Positions 12,496-26,369 of a DNA stretch of 64,000 bases are shown here, piece after piece. The notes below the pieces were generated by a model. The model did not search any database, was not told the origin of the DNA, and saw nothing but the letters and a program-made list of their open reading frames with translations. Within the stretch, counting starts at the first letter, position 1; every line of letters begins with the position of its first letter. The translations under genes were made by a program, and so were the position numbers. The DNA is taken from contig NW_027361739.1 in assembly GCF_039654945.1 (NCBI RefSeq), positions 10,168,001 to 10,232,000 of the forward strand, read 5' to 3'. The DNA is from Dendrobates tinctorius. Its lineage: Eukaryota.

Positions 12496-13133
12496 AGTCA
12501 CTATTTGGTTTTTGAAGACAGTATATGCGGAAATCAATAAATGCCCAGTGCAAATACATAGTGACTAATCTGTAATGCATTGGAAAGAAGGCAATATCTG
12601 GTTGACTGCTATGGTATTGCCCTGACTCAAGGCAAAAAATGCAGTAAATTGTGAAGGGTTTTATTACAGTTTATTGTGGAAATGTTGCAGATTTGAATTA
12701 CAAATGGTAAAATCCACTGTGATAATCTGAGGAGTTAAAAATCCGCCCCGCAATCAATTTATGCTGTGGTTTTATATATCTCATCTCCTTTGATGGTACT
12801 GTAGTATGCTGAGGATTTCTCGTGTGCAATTCTACAGCAGAAAATGTGCCGGGTATTCGCTATGTGATAGTATATCTGTACATACAACCTCCATGGCTGT
12901 AGCTTTTATAGGTGCTTAGCCTCTAATAAATGGAGTTAGGCAGCTGCTGTCCATGGTGCTACAGTATGAGTGGGTCTAAGGCAGAATGCTAATTATGCAA
13001 ATTGTCTCTTCAGAGAGGAAGAGGACTAGAACTCTAGTGCCACCTATTGGAGGTAGCAATCCTAAAAGTCAATGTCGACCCTTTAACGAGCCTTGTTACA
13101 TGACTTAGGATAAAAGCCAAGCCAGAATCTCCA

Positions 13134-13178
13134 TTTGCAGACACTGTGTTTCGGGGTACTGCCCCTCATCAGTGCAAA
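13134..13178 (-). ncRNA. Type I hammerhead ribozyme, copy 1
   Basis: Minus strand reads UUUGCA-CUGAUGA-GGGG cagua CCCC-GAAA-CACAGUGUC^UGCAAA. Canonical core with a GUC cleavage triplet. Confidence 0.93.
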
Positions 13179-13459
13179 GTGAGAGATCTGGTTTGGCTGT
13201 GAGAGAGGCGTCTGACCGATATCCAAGAAGTATAATTTCTCCTTGTGGAGAATGACATGCTAAGCATGTCGAGGTGAGGAGACTTAAAGCCGCAATGCTC
13301 CTCTGGGAAATATGCTAATTATCCAAATTGTCTCTTCAGAGAGGAAGAGGACTAGAACTCTAGTGCCACCTATTGGAGGTAGCAATCCTAAAAGTCAATG
13401 TTGACCCTTTAATAAGCCTAGTTACATGACTTAGGATAAAAGCCAAGCCAGAATCTCCA

Positions 13460-13504
13460 TTTGCAGACACTGTGTTTCGGGGTACTGCCCCTCATCAGTG
13501 CAAA
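13460..13504 (-). ncRNA. Type I hammerhead ribozyme, copy 2
   Basis: Identical core, 326 nt from copy 1. Confidence 0.93.
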
Positions 13505-14811
13505 GTGGGAGATCTGGTTTGGTAAGGCTGAATGCTGATATACGGTAGTAACCCTTTACCTAATCACATTGCGCTATATTATCGCTTTCTTGCAGAAGAG
13601 GAGAATTGCTCTTCCATATTGACATATAAATGTAAGATAAAAGCATCCGCTGCCAAGGTGATGCTGGTACTCTGCCCCGATGTACTACAGATGGGAGCAA
13701 TGAGACAGGTAATTGGCTGTCACTTAGATCACAGCCATCATTATACGAGTACATCACTTATATTCACTATTACATTCATGACCTTTACAGTCAATGATGC
13801 AGGAAGGGATCCTGAACATACACAGCTGCATAATCTGTAGGATGAAGAAAGGGTTCACAAACTTTAGATTCTGGGTCTTCACCTGCCAATTTATGACTGC
13901 ACAGCAAAAGTGCACGGAAATCAAAGTACTGCAAAACTGCAGCTAAGGGCTCATTCACATGCTGCTTTTTTTGGCATATTTATCTGTGCATTTTTGCAAA
14001 AGAAAAACGCAGCAAGTTACAGTACCAGCAAAGTGAATGAGATGTCTACAACCTCAAGGACATTCTGTGCAGGTATTTCATGCAGCAATTTTCGTGCCAA
14101 CATTTTGAATTTTTTTGCTGCTGAAAATACTGAACGTGTGCCTTAGTCTTACCGAGTTTAACAGATGGGTTCATTAAAGTTTATATTTTGAAAGACCAGA
14201 TTGTTAGGAATGCAGTTATTTGTTTCATGTCATTATTTTTTATGGAGAAGAGGGGGTGATTTGAATTTTGATGGGTAAGAGCGTCCTGCCAAATACCTAA
14301 GACAAAGGCGAATTGATGTGAATTTTTTTTTCCAGATTCTGTCTCTCACAGGTGAAGTGTACCTACAATGAAAATTAGACCTCGCCATTCTTTGTAGGTT
14401 GGAATAATTGCAAAATCGTCAATGAAACAAATACTTATTTTCCCCACTGGATAGATCGGGGCTGATATGTCCTGTGCTGGGTGCTATTTTGGACACCGAC
14501 CTTTGTGTCTACTATTCTTTATTCATCTGACTTGTGCACTCATATCAATAAACCTAGCTTTGATACTATCATATGTACTGTACTGTGTAGTTGCTAAAAC
14601 ACTCTTTGTAGTCGACCTGCTTTTATGGTATCGCTCTGTTTCCTACATATGTAATTTCAATAATGTATAAATTTTAGTTGTAAAAATTCCTTTTTATTCT
14701 TTTCTGTGTAAAGCCGATGTGGAGTCAGCTTTTCTCAACTAAATTACAATGGTTGTATAATGGCTGAATTGACTGTTTGATAAAATGTACCGAGTGGACA
14801 CATTTTGTTTA

Positions 14812-15620
14812 ACTACACTGGGCCCTGTATGTAATCCCATCATGTGATACACTACACTGGGCCCTGTATCTAATCCCATCATGTGATACACTACACTGGG
14901 CCCTGTATCTAATCCAATTGTGTGATACACTACACTGGGCCCTGTATCTAATCCCATCATGTGATACACTATACTGGGCCGTGTATCTAATCCAATTGTG
15001 TGATATACTACACTGGGCCCTGTATCTAATCTAATTGCATGATAAACTACACTGGGCCCTGTATGTAATCCCATTGTGTGATACACTACACTGGGCCTTG
15101 CATGTAATCCCATCATGTGATACACTACACTGGGCCATGTATCTAATCCCATCATGTGATACACTACACTGGGCCCTGTATCTAATCCAATTGTGTGATA
15201 CACTATACTGGGCCCTCTATGTAATCCCATCATGTGATACACTGCACTGGGCCCTGTATGTAATCCCATTGTGTGATACACTACACTGGGCCTTGTATGT
15301 AATCCCATCATGTGATACACTACACTGGGCCATGTATCTAATCCCATCATGTGATACACTACACTGGGCCCTGTATCTAATCCAATTGTGTGATACACTA
15401 TACTGGGCCCTCTATGTAATCCCATCATGTGATACACTGCACTGGGCCCTGTATGTAATCCCATTGTGTGATACACTACACTGGGCCTTGTATGTAATCC
15501 CATCATGTGATACACTGCACTGGGCCCTGTATCTAAACCCATCATGTGATACACTACACTGGGACATGTATCTAATCCCATCATGTGATACACTACACTG
15601 GGCCCTGTATCTAATCCAAC
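14812..15620. repeat. 39-bp minisatellite (~21 units) with a 195-bp higher-order duplication
   Basis: Unit gtgatacactacactgggccctgtatctaatcccatcat. The pattern of variants repeats every 5 units. Confidence 0.95.
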
Positions 15621-17752
15621 AGCTATTAGTCCAGCACAGAATTGCAATGCAATGTAGATTGAGCAGAAAGTCAGAAAATAGTTTTCATCAGATTGTATGG
15701 TCTATTATGTGTCATGATCCAGACTGGATTTTTCTTGTCTCTCCTTTCCCCGGTCTGGTCAAGTCAGGGGTTAACTGTTCTCTGCCTCGTTCTGGTGTCT
15801 GGTCTGCTATTTCTCTGCGCTGCATCCTGCAGGCAGTGTCCGTTATATTTCCTGCCTATGCATGTGTAGCTGGCTCTGGTGAATCCCTGGTTTGTCCTGC
15901 TGTGTTTAGCTGACTTTGCTTGTGTCTGTGTATTCCGTCCCTGCCCGTCCCGTCTCTGTGCATCCCTGTGTGTTTGGGTTCCCCGGTACTCGACTCGGCT
16001 TTGGCTCTTACCTTATTCTGTGTCTTCCTTCTACTGACCGACACTGACCTATTTGCGCTCCTCTGACTCTGAGTTTGTAATTTCCCTTGGTACTTCGCTA
16101 CTGTCTGGTATCGACCCGGCTTGCTGACTATTCTGCAGCCATCTGGTGGTAGCTTCGCTGAAGTTCTGTAGTTCTGCTCTGTGCAGAACTTCTGTTCATT
16201 CTCCACTCTACTGCCAGATAGTGGAATTTACACTACTCTACTGCTACCTGAAGTGCGCAGCGTGATATTATAGCTAACCATAGACAGTTTTTTCTTCCCT
16301 TTTTGCTATGGATCCGCTTTGTACCCTTGCAGATCAGATTTGACTCAAATGATGCAGGATTTGTCTGTGGAACATAGAACTCTGGCTACTTTCCATAATC
16401 AACTCCAGAGGGAACTTACTGAGTCGGTTAAGTCTGGTCAGAGTTCTATGACATAATTAGCCTGTAAGCACTCAGACTCCATAGATGTCTCTTTACACTC
16501 TCCTGAACCAACGGTCAGGCTCCCAGATATTTTCTCCAGGGAAAGAGAGAAGTTCTTTACATTCAGAAAGAGTTGTAAGCTGCTTTTTTCCCTCAGACCC
16601 AGATCTTAAGGAGACGTGAGTCAACGGGTGGGGATAATCATTTCTTTACTCCGGGAGGGTCCTCAAACTTGGGCTTTTTCTTTACCTGTGAATGCCCTGA
16701 ACATGTGTCTGTGGATAAGTTCTTTGAGGCTTTAGGACAGATTTACAACGAACCAGACCAGGTCAGGGTGGCAGAGGACACAATCATTGCCTCGCTGCCG
16801 ACTGGTATTGTTCAGTTTTTAGACAGTAGTCCACCGAAGTGTCTTGGGACGACTCTGCGTTAAGATGTCAGTTCAGGAGAGTACTATCAGATCAGCTTAA
16901 GGACGCTCCGACTCTCCATCCGCCACCCAGCTCCTTGGAGGAGGCCATGACTCAGGCCATTCATATGGATTGGAGGTTGCGGGAGAGGAATAATCCAGTG
17001 AGAGGATCCTATACATCTTGCTAAATCCGAGGTGATGCCCTATACGGAACCTTTGGAGGTTGGGGCAACTAACCTCCAGGAGGAGAGGAAGCGATGACGT
17101 GAAGGAAGGTTATGCTTTTACTGTGGAAGTCCGGGACATTGGAAAAAGGACTGCTCCTCTTGTCCACCGACTAAAAAGCTGCCGAGTATGGGTGATTGTC
17201 GAGGAGGTCACCCAAACTCTCAGGTACCTTTTTTCTCATTCCAAAGAATTTTGTTAGCGGTAGAATTTTGTTGTGGGGATTGCTACACACCAACTTCAGC
17301 TTTTGTGAACTGTGAGTCCATGAACTTCATTGACTCCAGTCTGGTATCCAGGAATAAGATAGGGAGAGTTAGGCTTAAGACCCCAATCCATATCTTTGCC
17401 ATTGATAAGACACCGTTGGCGAAAAATTTTGTTAAATTTGACTCTGAAGAGTTTCTCCTCAAGGTGGTTTCCTTGCAGCAGGAACAAATTTCATGTTATG
17501 TTCTGGATAATCTTCCATCGGGACTGGTGTTAGGATTCCCCTGGTTACAATTGCATCATCCTGTTATTGACTGGGAATCTCGGGATATTGTGAGATGGGG
17601 TCCTAATTGTTCAAATGGTTGTCTTTCGGCTGTGTTGACGGCGTCCGTTAATCTGGAGGGTATTCCGGAGTACCTGAAAGATTTTGAGGACATGTTTTCT
17701 GAAAGAGAGGCTGAGGTATTGCCACCCCATTGCCCCTATGATTGTACTATTA

Positions 17753-20700
17753 GGCTAGAGCCACACTTAACGTATAAATAATCAGCCCGATTTTGACAGC
17801 TGAGAATCGCACAAATGTTCCCTGAACGGTGACCCATATATAATCCGTTTGCAATGCGAGGATGCAATTTCCAGTGTGAAATCCGTATGTCATCCGTATA
17901 TAATGCGATTTTAACATGAGCTTTTACATACAGCAGTTCTCTCTATGTAAAAGGTCATACACCGTCTGTGACACACATATATAGCAGATAGCACTCAACG
18001 ATCTTGTGAAAAAATGACGGAATTTTTTCACAAGATTGGTGCGTGCTACCTGCTTTCTTTTTGTTGGAATTTATAATACAGTGGTTTTCTGGACAAGCAC
18101 CCATGATCATGAGGTAAAGCCTGCAACATGGTGTAATACCAACAGCATAGACTCTCAGCGGTACCGTCCGTCTTTTCTTCTGAAATACTGTGGATATATA
18201 TATATATATATATATTTCATAGAGAGATAACGGAATAGCCGTTAATTCATTTGTCGGCTTCTGTAATATCATTGCAGAAGCCGACAGGATAGGAGACATG
18301 GTTTACATACAGTAAACCATTGCAGAACAGTTAGATTTATAGATGTCAGTGACTAATACTGTTAGTACTATGTGTGTGTAAAATTTGGGACCTGTATGTA
18401 TTAAATTAAAGCATGTTTTCAAGGAAAAAATGGCATGGGCTCCCACGTAATTTTCTGGCCCAGAGAAGGAAAGCCAGTGACTGAGGGCAGATATTAACAG
18501 CCTAGAAAGGGACCATTTTTATTGCCCCCCCTGGCTAAAAACATCTGCCCCCTGCCACCCCAGAAAAGGCGCATCTGTAAGATGCGCCAAATCCGGCACT
18601 TAGCCTTTTTCTTCCCACTGCCCTGTAGTGGCATATGGGGTAATAGAGGGTTAATGTCACCTTTATATTGTAAGGTGACATTAAACCTGGCTTAGTAATG
18701 GAGAGGTGTCAATAAGACACCTATTGATTACTAATCCTAAAGTTTGTAAAGGGTTAAATAAACACACACACAGGCAGAATAAACTATTTTACTGAATTGA
18801 AAGAACACACAGTTTTGCCATCTTTATTCTTCTGTTAAACTAAGCGATGCCTACGATCTCCTGTAATAAATAAAAAAATAAAAAAACAAAAATATACCAT
18901 ACCTGTCTGCCGTTCAGTCCCATGGTGAAATCCATATCTGGGGGTTAAATAGTTTACAACCGGGAGTGGTGCTAATGCTACCGCCCCGGCTGTAAACCAC
19001 TGAGGAATGAATGAGAAGCTGCCAGCGGCACCATCAGTGAAATCAGCGCAGCCTCCCATCCTGACCCGCAGTGAACTCAGCAGCGTGAAACAAAATGATC
19101 TGTCATTTTCCCACTCTCAAGATGTCATTATAAAGGTGACATTAACCCTCTATTACCCCATATGCCACCACTACAGGGCAGTGGGAAGAGAGAGGCTAAG
19201 TGCCGGAATTGGCGCATTTTACAGATGCGCCTTTTCTGGGGTGGCTGGGGGCAGATGTTTTTAACCGGGGGGCCAATAAGCATGAACCCTTTCTAGGCTA
19301 TTAATATCTGCCCTCAGTCACTGGCTTTCCCTCTCTGGAGCAGAAAATTGCGTGGGAGCCCACGTCATTTTTTTTCCATGAAAACATTCTTTTATTTAAT
19401 ACATACAGATCCCAAATTTTACACACACATACACTACCGTTCAAAAGTTTAAAGTCACTTAGAAATTTCCTTATTTTTGAAAGAAAAGCACAGTTTTTTT
19501 CCAATGAAGCTAACATTAAATGATTCATAAATACACTCTATACAATTTTATTGTGGTAAATGACTATTCTAGCTGCAAATGTCTGGTTTGTAATGCAATA
19601 TCTTCATTGGTGTATAGAGGCCCATTTCCAACAACCATCACTCCAGTGTTCTTATGGTACTTTGTGTTTGCTAACTGTGTAAGAAGGCTAATGGATGGTG
19701 AGAATACTCTTGAAAACCCTTGTGCAAGTATGTTAGCACAGCTGAAAACAGTTTGGCTCATTAGAGAAGCTATAAACCTGACCTTCCTTTGAGCTAGTTG
19801 AGAATCTGGAGCATTACATTTGTTGGCTCCATTAAACTTTCAAAATGGCCAGAAAAAAAGAACTTTCATGGAAAATTCGACAGTCTATTCTTGTTCTTAG
19901 AAATGAAGGCTATTCCATGAGCGAATTTGCCAAGAAAATGAAGATTTCCTACAACGGTGTGTACTACTCCCTTCAAAGGAGAGCACAAACAGGCTCTTAC
20001 CAGAGTAGAAAAAGAAGTGGGAGGCCCCACTGCACAACTAAGCAACAAGACAAGTACATTAGAGTCTGTAGTTTGAGAAATCAACGCCTCACAGGTCCTC
20101 AAATGGCAGCTTCATTAAATAGTACACCCAAAACGCCAGTGTCAACGTCTACAGTGAAGAGGCGTCTCTGGGATGTTGGCCTTCAGGGCAGAGTGGCAAA
20201 GAAAAATCCATATCTGAGACTGGCTAATAAATGGAAAAGATTAAGATGGGCAAAAGAACACAGACGTTGGAGAGAGGAAGATTGGTAAAAAGTGTTATGG
20301 ACAGACGATTCCAAGTTTGATGTGTTTGGATCACACAGAAGAACATTTGTGAGATGCAGAACAACTGAAAAGATGCTGGAAGAATGCCTGACGCCATCTG
20401 TCAAGCATGGTGGAGGTAATGTGATGGGTCTGGGTTTGCTTTGGTGCTGGTATAGTGGGAGATTTGTATAAGGTAAATGGGATTTTGAATAAGGAAGGCT
20501 ATCACTACATTTTTGCAACGCTATGCCATACCCTGTGGACAGCGCTTGATTGGAGCCAATTTCATCCTACAACAGGACAATGACCCAAAGCACACCTCCA
20601 AATTATGCAAGAACTATTTAGGGAAGAAGCAGGCAGCTGGTATTCTATCTGTAATGGAGTGGCCAGCGTTGTCACAAGATCTCAACCCCATTGAGCTGTT

Positions 20701-21271
20701 GCAGGAGCAGCTTGACCGTATGGTACACAAAGTGCCCATCAAGCCAAACCAACTTGTGGGAGGGGCTTCTGGAAGCATGGGGTGAAATTTCTCCAGATTA
20801 CCTCAGCAAATTAACTGCTAGAATGCCAAAGGTCTGCAATGCTGTAATTGCTGCAAAGGGAGCATTCTTTGACAAAAGCAAGTTTGAAGGAAAAAATTAA
20901 TTATTTCAAATAAAAATCTTTTTTTCGAACCTTGTCAATGTCTGGACTAGATTTTAAATTCATTTGGCAACTCATTTGATTAATAAAAGTATGAGTTTTC
21001 ATGGAAAACACAAGATTGTCTGGGTAACCCCAAACTTTTGAACGGTAGTGTAGTACTAACAGTATTAGTCACTGACATCTATAAATCTAACTGTTCTGCA
21101 ATGGTTTACTGTTAGTAAACTACGTCTCCTAACCTGTTGGCTTCTGCAATGATTTTACAGAAGCCGACAAATGAATTATCGGCTATTCTGCCATCTATCT
21201 CTCTATGAAATATAAATAAATATATATATATATATATAATGTGTGTGTCAATAACATATATACACCTTTAC

Positions 21272-21323
<52 letters not shown>

Positions 21324-21644
21324 TATATACTATAGTAAGCTGTCAGTGTGATTTTAGTGTACACCGCACATGAATTGCCAGCTTTTCAAAGGACACCGGT
21401 GTGTATTTCTCGCAAGTCACACTGATGGTCCGTGTGGTGTGCGAGTTTTTCTCGCATCATTGGCGAGTCTCGGCCGATATACGGTGCAAATCGCAGCATG
21501 CTGCGATTTCCCTCACATGTATAATACAGCCGAGAAAAAATACATTGATGGTAGCTGCCCCATGGATTAACAGTGGTCCGAGTGCTATGCAATTTTTTTC
21601 TCGCATAGCACTCATCTGTATTCTTCTCTAGTGTGACGCCGGCC
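17753..21644. mobile_element. Large non-autonomous Harbinger-type fold-back element
   Basis: TTA TSD (17750-52 / 21645-47). Degenerate TIRs ggctagagccacact / agtgtgacgccggcc and long internal inverted repeats. Gypsy pol is continuous across the site. Confidence 0.75.
19432..21050 (+). mobile_element. Tc1-like transposon with a disrupted transposase (~19845-20900)
   Basis: TIRs cactaccgttcaaaagttt / aaacttttgaacggtagtg with TA TSD. Motifs RSGRP, QQDNDPKH and QDLNPIE, with stops and frameshifts. Confidence 0.93.
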
Positions 21645-23728
21645 TTAATCTTATTCCAGCTGCTGAATTGCCCAACGCCCGTTTCTACAATCTTTCCGGC
21701 CCAGAACGTACTGCTGTGAAAGATTGTACAGTATCTCTGAAAGTTTACGCAAAGGTCATATCTGTCTCTCTGCTGGCCACTGGATTCTTTTATGTTAAAA
21801 AGATGGTGGTTTATGTCCTTTCCTCAATTTTCGGGAACGAAATAAAATTACGGTGAGAAATACTTACCCTCTCCCACGTATTCCAGATCTTTACAACCAA
21901 TTATCTGGGGCTAAGTGGTTTTCCAAGTTGGATCTCAGGGGAGAGTATAATCTTATCCGTATGAGTGGGATGAGTGGAAAGCGACGTTTCTCACCTCTGA
22001 AGGTTTATTTGAAAATTTGGTCATGCCATTTGGTCTCACGAATGCGCCGGCGGTTTTTCAAAATTTCATTAATAATGTATTTTCTGACTTCATTGGGCAC
22101 TTTATGTTAGTATATTTAGATGACATTCTTGTATTTTCATCTGACAAAGAATCTCACACGGGTCATCTACGTGCAGTTCTTCAGGGGTTACGGGAGAACT
22201 CTCTGTTTGCTAAACCTGAGAAGTGCTCATTTTTTGTCCAAGAGCTGTCCTTTCTGGGGCTGACTCTTCTCTATAGCCTCTGATGGTGGGGTTAGACTTG
22301 GCTCCAAATGGATACCAGGTGCTACATAACAACAGACCTCGGACACTTGACAGCTGACCTCAAAGTTCAGGAAGCTGGAATAGCCTAGAAGGGAAGGTTT
22401 AGCTGGTACAGGGAGGCATGGCAGGAACACAGGAGCGGCAGTGACAGCTGGAATACAGACAGGCACAGTCAGATGCAGTCAGGTACAGCTGCACTGGCAG
22501 TTGCAGGCATGTACGGCTGATATACAGGCAGGCACTGGCAAATGCAGGCAGGAACAGCAAGTAGCGCTGGTACACAGGCAGGCACTAGCAGGTGCAGGCA
22601 GATACAGCTGGTATACAGGTGGGCATTGGCAGATGCAGGCAGGTTTGGCTGTTATACAGGTAGGCACAGCACATGCAGACAGATATGGCAAGTTCTGCTG
22701 GTATAGAGGGGCTGGCATGGGCAGGTACAGAAAGGTACTGGAAAATAAACTACAATAAGAGATCTAAGAACTAGCAAGCATGCAAACAAGGAAAGCATAC
22801 ACGTTGCTCACGCACCTCCCATCGGGTGGAGGTGCTGTAACAGGGTCTTTCAAGCTGGTCTACCTCTTTCAGTACCACCCCGTGTTTTCGGAGGTCCGCT
22901 CTGCGTTGGCTGGAGTTTGAATGAATGATGCTGGCTGGAATTCCTCTGAGTGCATGGGCGCATATAAAAGATCACTGCTTCTCCATGTATTTCCAGTCTG
23001 ACAACACTTTACTCACAGGACACAATATATATCACACAGATACAGAGGGCCGGCCAATAGACAAGCGTCAGGCCAAACATGCATTACAAAAGCAGCAGGT
23101 GGCCGGAGCCTGCGTATGTTTACTGTGGGAATTACAAAGGTAGGGGGAGGGCGGACACTGCTGATACATTAGGGACATGCATCTCACATGGAACCTATTA
23201 TATATACATATAACTGCACAACATATTCTGGGTGCTGAGTGGTTCTGTAACAGGTGCCTTAAAAACTTGGTGTCTCACAGCCATTGGCTAGAGACACTTG
23301 AGGATGGTGCGCTCTGTCCCTTTAAGAAGGAGGGAGTGCACGCCCTAAGTACAGTGCCAAGGGACCTACGAGCCATGAGCAGACCTCAGGCAGCAGCAGG
23401 ATAAGGAGGATGTGTGGTATGGAGGCCGTGGCGGTGAGTGAGTCGGCGGCTCGGCCAGGGGAGAAGGGAAACATGCAGAAACACTGGCACTACAGATGTA
23501 ATGAATAAAAAACTTAATGGAAGGACTTCTTTAAGTCATATTCTGTGGATATATCATCATTGTCAGTCATGAGACAACCCCTGTACCTTCTAATAACATG
23601 CTTTAAACTTAGAACCAAGTTTGTGGTGCCACAGGAGCACAATGGTATCTACAGGCAGGGCCGTATTTAGAGTTTATGCTGCCCTAGGCACTTTTTGTGC
23701 TTCCTCCCCCATTGGTGAGTATGACTAA

Positions 23729-24285
23729 GGCTAGTTTCACATTAGCGTTTTTTTGCGCAGCGCATCGTGCGAAAAAAAAACGCAAAGAAAAACGCAAAAC
23801 AAACGCGCATTTTTTTAACGTCATGCGCATGCTGATGCGTCAAAAAAACGCAGCGTTGCTTGCGTTTCGCATGCGTTTTTGCATGCGTCTGCGTTTTTTT
23901 ATGCACATGCGTTTTTAGGTGTGACATTTTTTCCATTGTCTAGAGAACATTCTAGACTTGTTTCACTCAAAAACGCATGCGTAAAAAAACGCAACCGTGC
24001 GCAAGACCATGCGCACGCATGCGTTACCATAGACTTCAATGTGTTGTTTTTGCGCATTCCGTGCGCAAGCGTGCGCATGCGTTTTTTTGCCGAGACAGGG
24101 TGCACCAAAAAATCCAACATGTTGCGTGTGGCGCACCTGGCGCAAAAGACAAAAAAACGCATGCGCACGAAAACGCAAGTGTGCGCAAAAACATGCGCAC
24201 GTCATGTTAAACATAGGTGCGCAGTGTGCATGCGCACGGGTGCGCACGATGCGCTGCGCACAAAAGCGCAAATGTGAAACCGGCC
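23729..24285. mobile_element. Harbinger-type MITE with a gcgcat-rich, palindromic interior
   Basis: TAA TSD; TIRs ggctagtttcacatt / aatgtgaaaccggcc. Confidence 0.8.
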
Positions 24286-24872
24286 TAATGCAGACACTGT
24301 CGGCAGTGACTTAGGCTACTTTCACATCAGCGATTTTTGCCATTCGCGGCAGATCTGGCAGTTTTTCCTCATCTGCCACGTAACGGATCACTTATGGCAA
24401 CACTGCTTTCGGCCTCATTCATTCCCTATGGGACTGGCGGACATGTGTGGCACTTGCGGTTTTGCCGCGATCCTGCAAATGCAGTACTTGCAGCAACAGA
24501 AAAAAAAACGCTGCTAGCGGTGTTTTTTTTGTCTCACCGCAAGTGCAAAACCGCAAGTACCAAACATGTTCGCAAGTCCCATAGGGAATGAGTAAGGGGT
24601 CCGAATCTATGTATATGCTCTTTCAAAGACAATTGCAGCAATATTTTTACATGTTCAGTCCATTCATCTGAAATCGGTTTGCATACATATGCAAATGAGA
24701 GAGTAAATCTGTTACTCGATCTCTATACCCGCTCAGTGCCATCTCTCCCTGATCGACTTACAGCTCTTTTTTCCAGAAGTATATAAAGTGCTCTCAGTGA
24801 GAGAAGCAAAATAGGAATCTTGTGGGTATGATACCTTTTAATGGCTAACAAATAATAGTGAATGATGTTACA

Positions 24873-24913
24873 AAGCAAGCTTTCGAGACAATTTACGTCT
24901 CTTCATCAGGCTG
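24873..24913 (-). ncRNA. Minimal type I hammerhead in the inverted pLTR
   Basis: GC-CUGAUGA-A-GAGAC loop GUCUC-GAAA-GCUU-GC. Confidence 0.75.
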
Positions 24914-25112
24914 ATATAACAAAATATTTGAAGAAACCTTATTTATATACAGTGGAGAGCACATGCATGGTGTGATACATGGACATTTTAATAAACAAAC
25001 ACTGAGCTTGAAGAGAGAAACCTTAATTAGGTAAGATTAGATAACTTCACCATATCCTACACAAGGATGACCGGTTAAAAATACTATTCAAAGACCCCCC
25101 CTTGCTATGTTA

Positions 25113-25577
25113 GGCCTCTTTCACACTTCAGTTATTTGTATCAGTCAAAATCCGCCCAAAATGCGGAAAAGTGGATCCGTCTGTAACTAATGTGAACGGA
25201 TGCAATAGGATCCGTTTTATGACGGATCCGCAGAATGAAGAATTTTAAAGGAGCCACTGGCGAGAGAGAGAGAGAGAGAGAGATTTTTTTGGTCCAGCAC
25301 CCAGACAGAATTTTGGCTTAAATCAGTGTGTGGAGGATCCGCTGGCCAAAAAAACGTTGCAAGCTCCGTTTGAAAGTCTTTGAGGATGTTGACGGACAGT
25401 AACATTTTGGCGGATATGCACAAAAACGGATGCAACGGACGGCAATCCTTCAAGATCCGCCATTAATGAAAGTCATTGGGTAAAAAAACGGATCCGCAAA
25501 GAAAAATGTCGAATCCATTTTTTTCCCAAATTGGCGGATCTTGACTGATTGTCAAAAACAGAAGTGTGAAAGAGGCC
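25113..25577. mobile_element. Harbinger-type MITE
   Basis: Perfect 17-bp TIR ggcctctttcacacttc; TTA TSD on both sides. Confidence 0.9.
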
Positions 25578-26262
25578 TTACAGGCAACCTCCCAATCTAA
25601 GAAACATCATTATCCGAAGTTCAATGCCCTCAGATTCACCAAGAAGAACATATCCTTGCAATGGGAGAAGATGCAAAACCTGAATTCATATAGAGACCAA
25701 AGACAAAATCCAAATTCCCAACACACAGCAGGGCTATAAGATCCCTGGGACATTCACATGTTCCTCTTCCAATGTGGTGTATTTAATTCTATGCAATATA
25801 TGGCTTGTGGGTGGCTTCTATGTTGGAGAAACAGGACAGAGACTGACCGCAAGGATGAGGTTTCATCGTCATACAATTACAGACAAAAAAAAAACAATTT
25901 ACCTGTGGCAAAACATTTCTGTGATCCAGGACATAACATAGACAATATGAAAGTCGTAATTTTAAAAAGCAATTTTAAATCAAAGAAACATTGCAGGGTG
26001 TGGGAACAAGAATTCATTACGATCTTTGATTCTATTCACACAGGACTCAACTTGTCAGAAAGTTTTATGATCCATTACCATATCTGAGCTATTTCCTATA
26101 GCCCTTTGATCTCACAGAACTTTCACACCACTTATCTAATCTTACCTAATTAAGGATTCTCTCTTCAAGCTCATTGTTTGTTTATTGAAATGTCCATGTA
26201 TCACACCATGCATGTGCTCTCCACTGTATATAAATAAGGTTTCGTCAAATATTTTGTTATAT

Positions 26263-26303
26263 CAGCCTGATGAAGAGACGTAAGTTGTCTCGAAAGCTTG
26301 CTT
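26263..26303 (+). ncRNA. Minimal type I hammerhead in the Penelope pLTR
   Basis: cagc-ctgatga-a-gagac gtaagtt gtctc-gaaa-gctt-gct, with a palindromic stem III (AAGCUU). Confidence 0.75.
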
Positions 26304-26369
26304 TGTAACATCATTCACTATTATTTTTTAGCCATTAAAAGGTATCATACCCACAAGATTCCTATTTTC

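Larger units (their letters stand above)
12986..13522 (-). mobile_element. Non-LTR retrozyme: ~1.65 tandem copies of a 326-bp unit, each with a type I hammerhead ribozyme
   Basis: Period 326 bp. Flanked by a near-perfect TSD, taaggcagaatgct (12977-12990) / taaggctgaatgct (13523-13536). Confidence 0.88.
15710..22280 (+). mobile_element. Decayed, 3'-truncated Gypsy element (5' LTR 15710-16267, gag, protease, RT), interrupted by 17753-21644
   Basis: LTR starts tgtcatgatcc. Gag/PR fragments are homologous to the 29071-31329 ORF. The RT resumes after 21647 (LYNQLSGAKWFSKLDL, YLDD). Confidence 0.88.

Noticed and set aside
14739-15913. 302-aa and 292-aa repetitive ORFs
   Set aside because: Produced by the 39-bp minisatellite, which is open on both strands.
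23697-24314. Cluster of overlapping Arg/Ala/His/Cys-rich ORFs
   Set aside because: They lie within a palindromic low-complexity MITE.
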